A DNA stretch of 64,000 nucleotides from Cyanophora paradoxa CCMP329 (taxonomy: Eukaryota > Plantae > Glaucophyta), in NCBI GenBank assembly GCA_004431415.1, contig QPMI01000449.1:62001-126000 (forward strand). The letters run 5' to 3'. A model generated the notes under the pieces. The model did not search any database. It was given only the letters and a program-made list of their open reading frames with translations, and had not been told where the DNA came from. Below, piece by piece: positions 47,277-60,087 of the stretch; positions within the stretch are counted from its first letter, which is position 1; every line of letters begins with the position of its first letter. The position numbers and the translations under genes are program-made.

Positions 47277-48065
47277 GGGTATACATGGTTAGAATAATGT
47301 GGTCATATCGATCATGATAAGGCCGCGACACACCCCTATGCCTGATCATGAGAGGCTTAAGCTTAAGCTCAGGCTTAAGCTTAAGCCCGAAATTCAGTCG
47401 ACTGAATTTCGGGCCGGGTACTAGCTGTATAGCTATAGCTATAAGTTTTGCAATGCACGTAGTATATGGGCCACGATATTCGATCGCTGCACTGTACACC
47501 CGCGCGCACGCGCGGGGGGATCTGCGTATACTAGGCTAAGCTCTAGATCTGCCCAGGCCTGGGGCCCATCGCTGGCGCTAACATGAACCGAGGCGCTGGT
47601 CGAACTGCGGCACTCGGCTATAGCTACCGATCTGATCATGATCATGAGGGCTGTACATGTGGACTCGAGCGTTCTGAAGGCTGAAGCAGACGAAAGCAAA
47701 GAAGACGATGCGAAAACAGACTGCTCATATGATCATGGAAGAGGAGTGAAATAGATGAGCCTTCAACTTAGGCGCATCAAAGTAAAGTCGAGACGCACGA
47801 ATCTACAAGGACTAGGACTAGTACTGCGAGGCTCGGCAGCCGCATCACAGGATTGATTTTCAGCCGCTGCCAGGCTGAGCGAGCTCAAGCTTGTAAGACT
47901 AGATCCGCAGATCTAGATCTCAATCGCGAGCCTGCTGGGAGCGCTGCACGCATGCATCCGCGGCCAGAAGTTCGAGGCGTCGGCCACGGGCCCGCAGCTT
48001 GCCAGCTGCGGTCGCCGGCTCCGCTCTCCGCGCGAAGGCGCGCGGGCGCCGCGGGCGTCCGCGGG

Positions 48066-48900
48066 TCACGGGATGAAGGTGTACTGGGGCTCTTCTGGGT
48101 GCGCGACAGACTCTGCGCGGAGCGGGACGGGCGTCGCGGTCAGACTGGGCACAGCGCGCGGCACCCGGGCGCGGATCGGGGACCGGGCCGGGACCCGCTC
48201 GCTCACCCTTCAGGTGCTTTGCTTTCGACAGGCGGGTGGCGCTGTGGGATTTGATCTTGGTCCAGAAGGAAGGGTGCGAATTCGAAGCCGCCGGCGCCGG
48301 CGGCGCGGGGGCGGCCGCTGTACAGCAGCAGGGGGCGGGCGAAGGCCGCGGGCCGTCGCTCGCGCCGGCGTGAGCGGACGCCTGCGCATGCGCGTGTGCG
48401 CTCGCGTGAGATCGAGAGCAAGCAAACTTGAATGTCCCCGAGGCAGGCCCTAATCTAGAAGCTATAACTAGATGCTAAAGCTTCCTGATCCATTTACATT
48501 CCATGGCGCCGGCCATTATGCCGCAGCGCGGTCTAAGAAGCTAAGGCGCGCGCAATTGCAAGCGGCCGCAGGCCGAGGGCACGAATTCCGAATGCGCACC
48601 TTGTACGAGAAACTGTGAGGTAAGCTCGCCCTCCGTGCTCGCTCGTGGGCTCCCGGCTGCACTGTGTCGTAAACGCACGTACACTCGCTTTGACTGCTGC
48701 GCCCGTGACTGCAGTTTCGTTCCACCGACGCTAACGCCTGCACGGCGCCGGCGCGGCGCAAACGCAGTTAGATCTCGCCCGGCAAGCCGCCGAGGGCGCG
48801 AACAAGGAAGGCCCTCTAGCTATAGATCTGCGCTTACCGGCATAGATCGCCGCCTCGAGCTCCCGTTCGCGCCGTGCGCCTCTGCATACGCGCACGACAT
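48066..48900 (-). CDS. Small hypothetical protein (~140 aa, 4 exons)
   Basis: Three canonical GT-AG introns join in frame: MSCAYAEAHGANGSSRRRSMP|ALASVERN...RARRASLPHSFSYK|ASAHAG...FWTKIKSHSATRLSKAKHLK|ESVAHPEEPQYTFIP*. Confidence 0.5.
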
Positions 48901-49569
48901 CCTTGTCCAACTGCAACTTGCACGGTGCAGATCTGAAACATCAACAAGAAGAAGAGCGATGCGATCAGTCAGGCATCAGAAGTGAAGGGGTCTAGGGGGC
49001 GGCAACCTCGTGACAGATGTGCTCGGACAAGCGACGCACGGAGCTAATCTTGGCAGGCTCGACGCACGGTCCGCGATGCGAGTCCTTTCGTTCTTTGAAC
49101 GGCGCGGCGCGCGTCCGCTTGCCTTCGACGCTTGCCTATGGCTAGCTAGCTACTGCCGCTCTCTTACGCTTTCAGTTGCTCCCTGAAGGTTGCAGGGGAT
49201 GAGCTGCCAGAAAAGGCTGCAAGCTTAAGGGGTAAGCTGCCAGCTTGGCGGATCGTGGCCGTCACGACGTCACTACTGTACCCCGCAGTGCCCGCCGCGG
49301 CGCACGCGGTCGCGCACCCGGTGACCGTCGGACCGGCCGCGGCTCGAACCGCCGCGGACCGGCGCGGACCAGCCCAGCGCTACACCGCTAGCGTACACTG
49401 CGCCGCCGTATACGTACAGCCTGCTGCCTGCATGGCTGCAGGCTACAATTAATATTGCAACGCGTTGCTAGCGCTGTGCAATCCGCCGTCATGATCAGCA
49501 GATATCGATCCAAATTGGCGATACATATAGCTAGCTTCAGCTTTTCAGGGCGCCGACCTAGGTACCAAA

Positions 49570-52500
49570 TTAATTATAGAGGGCCTGCTCTATATTTTCG
49601 CGGCCGAGCTGGGCCGGCCGTGGCCATCGCCATGGACCGGGCTGCGCGCCGTGGCGGGGCTGGCGCCGCGGCCGCGGCCCCCCTTCGCGATCGGGGACGA
49701 CGCCTCGGCGCCCCCCGCAGCCCCCGCACCCGCACCCGCACCCGCACCCGCACCCGCCTCCCCTGCGACGCGCGCGCGCTCGTCGGTCAGAATCTCGAAA
49801 GGCGCGAAAGAGGAGGAGAGGGAGGAATTCGAAGCCGCGCACCGCGGCGGGGCTAGCGCCCTGGCCCGGGCTCGAGCCGACGCCGGGGCCGGGCCGGGGC
49901 CGGCGGCGCGGGCGCGGGGGCGGCGAGGCGGCGGAGGAGGGCCTTGGCCCCGCCGCGGGGCGCGCCTCGACGCCCAGCAGCTCCGCCCGCCCCGCCAGAG
50001 CCTGCAGGAACTCCAGCCTTGAGCAATTTCAGAGCTACCGCTCAGGCTAGGCTCTTCTTAAGCTTCTAGCAGCCGGCGCGGCGCGCGCTGCGGGCCGGGG
50101 GCCGGCCGAGCGGACCGGGTCCTCGGTGACGAGGAGGACGCGGGGGCGCCCGGGGCGCAGCGCCGCCCCCAGCGCCACCTGCAGCGCATCCCGCGCGTCC
50201 CGGCCCCGCCCCTGCGCGCGAAATTAATTCTAGGCGACCGAGCTCTATTCCTGAGATTTAGAATCTGCAATGGCAAGGGTGTATTAGTAAGGCTCTTTCT
50301 TATTTAATTATAGAGCCGCCAGGGCGCGGGCCGGGACGGGCGGGGGCACCAGCTCTGCCTCGGGGAAGGCGCCCGGGGCGTCCTCCAGGAACTCCCCCGC
50401 CGCCTCGCCCCGCGCCGCCTCCCGCCTCTCCCGCTGCGCATGCCGAGGAGAGCTCGGCGGTCGGGGGCAGGGGCAGGGCCCGATTCGAATTCCCCGGGCC
50501 CGGGGCCCGGGACCCGGACGCGGGGCGGGTTAGCTCGAGGAGATATCGATGGAGGGTGGGGGAGAGGAAAGGGGGGTGGGGCTGTCCTTGGGCGTGGAGG
50601 AGGACGGGATAGGCGTGGGGGAGGGGGAGGGGGAGGGGGAGAGATCTAGAGGGGGTGGTGGTGGAATGGAGCGGGCTAGACCTACGGATAGAACGTGCCG
50701 CCGGGCGGGCGCGCACGAATTCGCGCACGTGGGCGTGGACCGGGGGAAGGGGGGGAGAACGGGAGAGGGGGGAGAACGGGAGGAGGGGGGAGAACGGGAG
50801 AAGGGGGGAGCTCGAGGGGTGAGGGGGAGGGGGGGGGGGGGGGGGGGGGGGGGGCGGGAGCGGGCTAGACCTAGAACGGGCCGCCGGGCGCGCACGTATT
50901 CGGCGAGGGAGAGTGCGTCGTCGCCAGAGGCGCGCCGCAGCCGCCCCGCCCGCTCCGCCGCCGCCCACGCGTTCCTGCAGACGAGCGCGAGGCCAACAAA
51001 TCAAACAAAAATCTCTGCAATTGCAATCGGGACAGAGCTCTTAATTTATAAGCTTAAGCGGGCGCACCGGTCGCTGGGGTCGCGGAAGAAATCCGGCGTG
51101 GGACCTGCGCAGGAATATAGACGGGAAATCAGGAAATCGAAGCGCATGGACGACCGGCGCCGCGCGCAGTGCGCACCGTCGGAGGGGACGAGAACCTCCA
51201 GGACGGCCCCCTGCGCGGCGGATTCATATGCGCGCAGAAGCCGGATACGATCAGGGCGCGTCAATATTAATATATTCGTGGGTGTGCTTGAAGTTCAGAT
51301 CTCGATCTAGATCTAGAGCGATCTGTAGCTTTAATTTCCTGATCTGCGGGCGGGCGGAAGCCTAAGCGTACGGGGCTGCAGGCGGCGAGGAGGAGGCCGA
51401 CGCCGGGGCGGGACCACGCCGACGCCTCCAGCACCACCACCGCCTGCCTCTGCCGCGCGCCGGGGGAGAACGTTCACGCGGAGCGGATGAGAAGACGAAG
51501 TAATCGGAATTCGGATTAGATTTTGTACCGTTGGGGCGGAATGCTTTGGGCTGGCCTGCTTTGGGGTGCCCGGCGAGGCCGGTGCGGGCGGCGGGGCGGA
51601 GAGCGGACGGGCGCGGGCACCGCCGCCGCCGCCTCCGCTCGCGCGCGGGCGCTCCGGCGTGCGGCCCTCATCCGGCGCCGCGGCCTTCAGCATTGGGGAG
51701 CTCGAGGGGCGTTTGTGCGGGTGCACCCCTGTGGGCGTCGACGTCGGCGTCTGCTCGATACGCAATTATATACAAGACCAGGCCAGCTGACGATTTTCGC
51801 GCGCGCGCGCGCGCGAAAATCTCGCACCTTAAGCTTCTTCTCGGCTGTCGACGGCGTCCGCGGCTTCGCGGGGGTCTTCGCGGGGGTGCGGAGGGGGGCG
51901 GCGCCGGCCGCGGCGCCCGTCGACGTCTTTGCGTGATCGGGCGATGGCGCCGGCTCCGAGCCCTGTGAAAATTTAGTCCGTCACGTTCTGTTTCAGTTTT
52001 CGCGCTAATTATATTATATTAAATATGAGGGAATATTCAGAATGTTTGATCGAAATTGCGTTAACGTTCGAATTTCAGAATGAAATTAAAGCATACCGAC
52101 AACGATTTGCGAGCCGGTGTTTTGGCCGGGGTCCAGCGAGGCGACTGGGCGGCCGCGGCGCTGGCCCCTTCCACGCTCGCCCCAGCGCTCGATCTGTGCA
52201 ATTTTAATCTGCTACACTGCTTCGATGCGCGCGCGAGCAGACCGGCGGGGCAGGGGCGTCGTCGGCTTGGCCGGCGACGCGTCCTGTGCGTGTGCACGTG
52301 CCTGCGGCTGGGCGGGGCCGGTCCCAGGTGCCCCCGAGCTTGACCGGGGCCTGCCGCGCGTGCGCGCATGCGCAGCCGGTGAACCCGGGCGCAGGAGAAA
52401 TTGTTTATTCCGCAGCCGGCCGCGGGGGCGCTAGCATCAAGCTTAGCGTTCGATGTTCGTATATATACTTACGTACCGCCGAACTGCAGCGGTTTCAACG

Positions 52501-54147
52501 TGTGTTGCCGAGAGGCGGGGGGCGGCAGTCGCGGAGTAGGGCCGGACGGGGCGCCGAATTCGCCCCGTCGCTGCCGGCCCCGGGCCCGGGGCGCTCGCGG
52601 CCGGGGCGGCCGCGGGCGCGTGCTCAGAGGCATGCGCAGAGGCGGGAGTCGACTCATCCAGATGCATGCTGGTCTGCGAAATAATAAATTTAAAGAATCA
52701 TCACCGAATTCGGGGGTCGAATTCGGAACCTCGTGATCGCGCTCGTCCTGCTCCGGCTCCGGCGCGACCGCAGTTGCTGTCGATGTCGATATCACTGTCT
52801 CGCGGTCGGCCGAGAAGCTGAAGGCCGCCGGGGTCGCTTGCAGCTGGGCGGATTCGGAGCCCGGGGCGGGCTCGCGACCGGGCGCGGCCCCGGGGGCGCC
52901 GGCGGCGCCGGACGGCTTCGCGGCATGCACGACGGCCTCGATCGCCGTCTTTGCCACCGAGAGCTCCGCCCGGACGCTGCGAAAATTACGTTATCGCAAT
53001 AAAAGAATTGCGAAACTAGATTAATACTCAAAGCCCTAGCTTTAGCTGCGGAGAATGTTTGCGAGCTGCGGAGAATTTTCGCGCACGTGTCGGGGGCCAT
53101 GCGGGGCGCCGCCGCCGCGTCCGAGCTCTGCTCCGGCCCGGCCGCGGGCTTCTCTTCCTGCACGGGGGCCGCGCGGGCCGGGACGGTGACCTGGAGCTTC
53201 GACTTCGGGCTCTTCGCCTTCGCCTCCGCCCCGCGATCCGCGGACGTCTGCGGCGGCCTCAGCGCTTTTTCCTCAGCGTTCAACCTCGAGCGGTACCGAT
53301 GGCTCGCGATCGAGCTTCGCGAATCCGAACGAGGTTGGCGCTATATATAAATCACCGCCCCGGGCAGCCCGGCCCGGCCGGCCGGCCCCGGCGCACCTCG
53401 ATCTCGTCGAGCCTGCCGAGGTTGAGGGCGGGTACGGCCGGCGGGCGCGGCGGGCGCTGGTGCTGGCCCCACGCCGGCCGCTTCGTCTTCGCCTCCGCCG
53501 AGGGCGGCGTCGCCCCGTGGGCGCGCTTCCCGGCGCCGGCGCCGCCGCCGGCGCCGGCCGCGTGCGCGGGGCCCCGCTCGCGCGGCGAGGGGGTGGAAGG
53601 CTGCTGCTGCTCATGATCAGGACCAGGTTCCTGTGTGGACTCCTGCGATTTCGCTGGGGCCCTATCGAGATCGTCGCCGGCGCGGCGCCCCGCGGCCGGC
53701 CACACTGAGGCGCGGAGCGAATCATAGTAGGCCTTTCCCTGGTTGAAAATCGAAAGAGGTCAGAACAATGCTATATATACGTATATATACGTCTATATAT
53801 ACTAATTTTTTGAGCCCCGATCGGGAAAATCCGCACCCTCTGCCTGGCGGACTGCGCAACCTCGCCGATCTTGTTCCTTATTCCTCCGAGCGCTCCGGAC
53901 CAGGAGGAGGACCGCAGCGGCTCCTGAATGTCCGATCATGTCCGATTGCACACATCTCATTTTAAAGTGCGCGCCACGCGTACGAAGAAGCGAGAATTCG
54001 AATGCGAACCTTCGGCCGCGGCTGGCGGAGGTCCCCTTGAGACAGCCGGCCGCGGGCGCTCTTGAGCTTCCGCGGTCTCGCTGGGGCATTCTGCCTCGGA
54101 CTTGCTGTGTCCGCTTCGTTGTCGCCTCCCTGCAGATCTAGATCCAT
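49570..54147 (-). CDS. Low-complexity protein with a C-terminal degenerate PIN-like domain
   Basis: A chain of minus-strand exons with cag/gtgcgc junctions. Late exons read RQAVVVLEASAW..., AVLEVLVPSD, RDALQVALGAAL and RVLLVTEDP|AL..RAELLGVEA, the strand/helix order of PIN domains. Both ends are uncertain, with a possible 1-bp frame problem near 49990. Confidence 0.5.
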
Positions 54148-55892
54148 TTCCGTATTGCGGCTTGGCTCCAGATGGCGATCGGCGCGTCCCAGCTCCGGAG
54201 CGCTGCCGGGAGCCAAAGTGGCAGCGCTATAGCTAGGAGGCTCCTGCGCGCCCAGAATCACGTTTTCGCGAGCGCTAGCGCTGCCTATATGCACGGCTTG
54301 CAGCGCCCATGGCCAGCGCACCACGACTGCGGCCCCGCCGCGAGCCCCCGACTTTTCCTGCGCTCGCACGAACGTTAGCGCGCCCTGAAAGATGAATAAG
54401 ATCATTTTCGCGCGCTTTCGGCGGCGCCTTGACGAACTCCAGGGTCGTCGTCGTTTTTTCGCGCTGCCGGGCGCGCGGGGCGTGGGCGTCACGCAGCGGC
54501 GCTCGATGCGGCGCGCGGCCGATGCGGGGGGCTGCTGCAGCTGTCGCGCACCTGCAGCTGGAGCCTGTATTCGGCGTATGCGTGGGCGTCCATGCCTGCT
54601 AGCTAGCGCTATATAAGGCGCCTGATTAAGGGGGGTTCTAGCTTGGGGCCCGGACAGGGCCACGAGGGGAGAAGGGACGAAGAGAGGAAAAGTTAAGCGA
54701 AGGACACGAGGATATGTAGGGGGAGGGAACGAGGGGAGGGGAGAACGTAGAGGAGGGAGGAGGGCTCCGCGCCCCAGCCTTGGCCGTGCCCCGCGAAGGT
54801 GGTTCTGAGGTTTTTTATTGTTTTTGTGACTCGGCCTACGCCTGGAAAGCTAGAGTCCTACGTCAGTTCTGCGTCACATAGAGGCCCCTGCGAGGGGCCT
54901 GGGGCTAGCTGGCTGGCTAGCTCCTATTCGGCAGAACGAGTGGGGACTGCTCTCGACAGGCGCGGCTTCATGTCCGTGGGGGGGCTCGAAGGGCCCCAGA
55001 CACGAAAAGCTAGAAATGAGTACTGAGCCCGGGCGCTCAAGGGACAGGAGGCGGCCTACAAGGAAGAAAATCCGAGGCTGCCTCAACTAAAACCCGAACG
55101 CGGGGCCGACGCCCGTCAAACACACAAGCCCGTGGAAACAGAAACAGAGACACGCTGGACTCTGAAACGTCTCGGGAACTAGGACACGGGCTGTATGAAA
55201 GACGGGAGCCAAAAACCCAGGCGAGCGGCCTCGACTGCTACCGTACCGAAAGCAGGAGGCGGGGCTTGCCAAGGGCGGGTGGCGCGTAAAACGCCGTTGG
55301 GGCCGGACGGGCGCGCACGTGCAAATGCGCGCCGCCGGCTCATCGGAGGGCGGCGAAGGGGCTTCACGGGTCGGCTGGGCCGGCGCGGCGCCGAAAAAGA
55401 CGCAAGGGCGCCGCGCGGCGGACGCCGGACAATCAGCCCCGATCGCTGCTGCTGATGCTGGGGCTGCCGGGCGGGCGGGAGGGCGGCCGGAGGAGAAAGC
55501 GTGCTTGGAGGGTGGCTCTGCTTCTGCCGCGCTGTTCTGAACGCCGGGTCGACTGGGAGGGTCGGCGGTTGCCGAGCGCCGCGGGGCCGGTAGCCGCAGG
55601 ATGCGGCGGGCGGCCCGCGTCGGGCGGGATCCAGTCTCATGGTGGCGGGGCGGCGGGACGGGTGGGCAGGGAAACACGAAAGGAAAGGAGGACGGGAGGG
55701 GGGCGGGCAACGTCGGTCCGGAGAATCGGACCCGCGCACAAAAACACGGCGGGCGTCGATCCGAGAAGGGACGGCGACCGTCCGAGCCTCACGAGCTCGG
55801 GGGCACGAGGGACGGCGGCGGAGGGAGAAGGAGAAGAGGAAGGAGAGGGAGGGGAGGGAGGGAGGTCAAGGGGGACTAGTTAGCCCCCGCAC

Positions 55893-57364
55893 TTAGGAGA
55901 AGATGTTCAGCGCGGCCTTGAGGTCGCGCGTGAAGGCGGCGGCGAGGTCCGGGGCGGGACCGATGCCGACGCCAGCCATTATGTGGTGAGGAACGTAGGC
56001 CGCCGGGGGAGGCGGGTAGAAGGGGCTGCCGATGTGAAGGTGGTGGATCGGCTGCGGGATCGGGTGCCCGGGCATGGGGAGCTGGGCGCCGGCGGGAATC
56101 GGGGCGGGAGCGACGAGGCCGCCGTGGGTGGCGCTGAAGGCGGCCGGAGACGGGCCAAAGGGACGCGGCGAGTCCGCAGGAATCTGTGCGGCGGTTTGTG
56201 AGCGGCGCGCGGTTGGATCAAATGCGGATCAAACTGGGCTGACCTGTACAGGGGGCTGCGCCGGACCGGAAGAGACGGACCAATGGGCAGGCGGAGTGGG
56301 CAGCTTCTCAGGCGGCGGCGAGTTGGAAAACGCCGGGCCAGCCCAGCGAGCAATCTCGGGCCTCCGCGGCGACTCAGGTCGCATGGGAGACGTCTTTCCC
56401 GAGTTGGGCTTGGCAGGAGGAGCGGATCTACGGGCAAAGTAAGGTTTGACAGGTTATAGAAACGAGAGAAGGGCCGAGTGCGCACGACTTGGGCCGCGGG
56501 GTCTTGTCACTGTCACGCGCGTTCTTGGGCGGGCGGCGCGGGGTGTTCTGCGTCGCCGAAGCGCGCGCAGCCTCACTCGCGCCGGCTGGAGAGCCGTGGC
56601 GAGAGCTGGGAGTGCTGCGGCTGCCTTGCGTGACGGTGCTCTGTTCGAAGGCCCGATCGAATCGCGGCCAAACACGCGCGGGGAGTTACTGGCTTGCCTT
56701 CATCTGGTGGACGTCGAGCATCGTGGCGAGGTCCACGGCCCCGTTGCAAGAGTGACGGGTCATGGTGGGCTCCGGCAGACCAACGGAGCTGGTCGGCGAC
56801 GGAGGAAGGGAGCTGTGGCCATCCAGCGAAGAAAGCGCATTCTTCGGCTGAGCTTCCTTGGAGGAAGCCTTGCGCTGAGGAGTCTTTGCGGACTTCGGCT
56901 TGCGGGTGGCCTTCATAGGAGAGGACCTGCCACGCGTTGCCAGCCGTCAGTAATTGGCTTCAAAAACGGGCCGGGAGCGGCTTCTCGCTCTAGAATGCGA
57001 TAGAGCATAGATTGGAGAGGCTATACAGGAGCCGGGAGGAGCACTCACTCTTGTCCCGTTGCGGGGACCTGCTTCAGTTCGGTATTGATCTCTTGGACCT
57101 GCGACCCCAGGAAGCCAGGTCAGGAGAGGCAGAGCACACGAGCAATGGCCGAGAGCGCATAGATCGTGGCAGGGGAGGAGCCGGCGCAACCGCCCACTCA
57201 CATTCGAGTTGCATGCGAGGAAGTAGGGCACGAGCTGCCGCTCAACGACAGCACCCTTGCAATCCTTGCCATTCGCCATTTCACTTCACCTGCGCACGGG
57301 CGGTTGAGTTCGCGGACTTGATGACGTCTCGCATCAATATCGGCCCGGGCGGTTCCGGGCACAT
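55893..57364 (-). CDS. PNRC / Edc1-like proline-rich mRNA decapping activator
   Basis: Seven in-frame exons. Contains RWAGPAFSNSPPPEKLPTPPAHW (56280-56348), matching the PNRC motif (Y/W)AGxxFxxxPxPxxLPxPPxHW, and a C-terminal amphipathic helix FTRDLKAALNIFS*. Confidence 0.85.
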
Positions 57365-57877
57365 CCCGCACACGCAAGCCTGGAAAATCACTATACAAGT
57401 GTTCTAAAGAAGAAAGAAAGGGTCTAGGGCGGCGCCCCGCGACGGGAAGACGAGATCCTCTAAAAGGTACCGGACTGTGGCAACCTCCGCACCTCAAAAC
57501 AGATGCCTTCTGTAGGCTTGCGGGGCCTTGTGGAGCCACTCTGGGCGCACCTAACTCCTCCGCCCCTCCTCGCTCCGCCCAACACAGGCTTTCACGCTCT
57601 AGTTTTCTTATACTCCACTGGTCTGGGAGGGGGGAAGGAAGTGCGGCGGGTACAGGTGCTGGAGGGGGTTGCGCGCGTCCTGAAAGCTTCCCCACGCGCG
57701 CGCGGCGGTTGCGCTCGGACCTGCAGCCCCTCGAGATCTCTCTAGCGTCACGTTCGCCCCGGCCGCTGAGCTGGAAGGTTCTCGGCGAGACAGCCAAGGC
57801 GTGCTCGCACTTAGGACGTGCTGGCGTGCGTGTATTTAGATCGCTGAGGAAATAACCTTGCAGCCGACACGCAGCCC

Positions 57878-60087
57878 ATGGCGCCTCAGCCGCCGCTGGT
57901 GCGTTTGCGTCACCTTCGAGCAGCCGAGCCGTGCACGGCGTAACTTAAGCAGCGCCGTCACTCCTCGCCGAAGCCACCCAATCTCACGCCCTTGGCGCAG
58001 CCTGTTAAGCGCTCCGTGCCGCCGGAGCCGGAGTCTGGCCGGCCTGTCCGCATTGTAGATGCCAGAGACCTCGTGCTGGCTGACCTTATCGGGCCCGAGC
58101 CGATCCTTATCCGGGATCCTTCTCTTCCCACAGTCCTGCCCAAGCGCGACTGCCTGGTCCGCTAGCGCCGTCGAGGGCGCCCGATCAAATTCGCTGACTG
58201 GAGGCGCCCGCCCGCGCCGCCCGCCTGCGCAGCACACGGAGGACGGGATGGTCTGGGGGTACGGCATCGGGCAGAAGGACGCCGACGGGTTCGAGCCTTC
58301 CCTCTCCTGCCCCGTCGGAGAAGTCTTCGACGGTACCCCCCGCCCCGCCCCGCCCCGCCCCGCCCCGCCCCCGTGCGCCGCGCGGCTCGAGCCCACGCCT
58401 CGCCCCGCAAGCCTTCGAGCAAGGGCGCCCCATCGAGCCGTCGGAGCCGACCAGCAAAGGCATACCCATGAACATCGTGGACTTCCCCCTCCTTCCCCAC
58501 GAGGCGCGGCCCCGCCCGCGCGCCCGCGCGCCCGCCCTCCCACCCACCCGCCCCTCCGGCTGCGCTGTCTCTGAGTCTCGTTCCCGCGGCCCGCAGGATC
58601 ACGAGCGCACGATCCCCATCCCCGTGCGCCCCTTACGCCGTACCCCCCTTGCGCTTCGCTTCTGACTGCCGCTCGCCAGGCCTGCTTCCACCGCCTGGAC
58701 TGGATGCCCCACTCCCCCCGGTTCAAGGACCGCTGCCGCTCCCTCGTGCGCCGTACCCCGCTCCGCCTCCTCTTCTCTCTCGCGTGACTCAAACTTTTTT
58801 CCGGCGCAGGTCTGTACCCCGACGACGTTCTACACACGTGCGGCGCTCTCGCTTCGCTGTCGCCTCGCTCTGCGATTTGATCCGGCACGCGCGCCCGCCT
58901 GCGCAGCGTTGCACGCGGACATGGGCGGAGGCGCGGGGTGGATGTGCGTACCCCCTTTCCGCGCCCCGGGCCTCCGCCGCCCCCCTCTGATTTGATCTGA
59001 TCTGATCCCAGGTACCTCATCGAGGGCGAGAAGCACTGGTGAGGAACCGCCCCACCCGCCCGCCCGCCCGCCCGCCCGAGTCCCGCCGACCGCGTTTTTT
59101 TTATTTTTTGAATTCTCAGGGAGCTGTACCCCGCATACCTGAAGACTCTCTTCTATGACGAACTCTCCGCGGACTACCTGGACCCCGCCGTACGCCCGGG
59201 CCGCCCGCCCCGTACCCCTCCTTTCGGCGCAGCGGACCAGGCCCGCGCCGCAGACGAACCCCCCGCGGGACCCGGGCCTCGCGAAGCTCCTCTCGCAGCT
59301 GCCGCGGTGGACCTGTACCCTCAAGCCCGGCTACGTGCGCAGTACCCCTTAGCCCAAGCGTACCCCCACCGCCCCCGTCGCGTGACGCCGTATCCCAGAT
59401 CATGTGGATCCCACCGGGCTGGCTGCACCGCGTTTGGACCCGGACCAAGTCATTTGGATGCGGGGGGTGAGCGCGAGCTGGCCCTCCGGAGGGCGCGCCT
59501 GCGATCGGCCCGCCGACGCTCCTTCCCCCCGCAGGCAGGCGTACCCCTTCGGCTGCCTCGACGAGGCCGCGCATTTCGGACGGTTCGCGTACCCCTCCCG
59601 TCGCACTGCGACGTACGCCCAAGCATGCGCCGTAGGTGGGAGGAGCTGGTGCAGGGCTCCTGGATCACAAACACGCTCGTCGACATCGGGTGCGCGCGTC
59701 GTACCCCTTCCCCCCCCCCCCCAGTTCGCGCGTACACGTACTCAAACGTGGATCGGCAGCTGGCTCCTGGAAGACCTGACGAAAGCGTTCCCGCCCGGGG
59801 AGGAGGGCGAGGGCGAGGGCAGGGCGCGGGGCCTTCCGCCCACGGACGCCTACGGCCTCCCGACGCCGGTGCCGGACGCGGCGGCCCTGGCGGACCTGCG
59901 CCGCGCCGTCGAGTCCTTCGCCTCCTTCGCCAAGCGCGTCGAGGTCAAGCGCAAGTGCTTCGCCCCGGCGGAGCCGGAGGCGGAGGCGCAGGCGGAGGCT
60001 GCGGCGGAGTCGGCGGCCCCGGCCGAGGCGGAGGCGGGGCCGGTGGAGGGGGAGCCCTGCGGCTCAGCGTGCGCCTCCCCCGCTTGA
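57878..60087 (+). CDS. JmjC-domain 2-oxoglutarate/Fe(II) oxygenase (stand-alone, JMJD4/6/8-like)
   Basis: PVRIVDARDL..EPILIRD; FYTP|LHADMGGGAGW|MYLIEGEKHW (HxD at 58912-58920); TCTLKPG..IMWIPPGWLHRV (distal His 59426-59428). Stop at 60085-60087. Confidence 0.85.

Noticed and set aside
54660-55890. Several 70-200 aa ORFs
   Set aside because: No motifs or consistent splice signals; more plausibly the PNRC-like gene's 3' UTR and the next gene's promoter.
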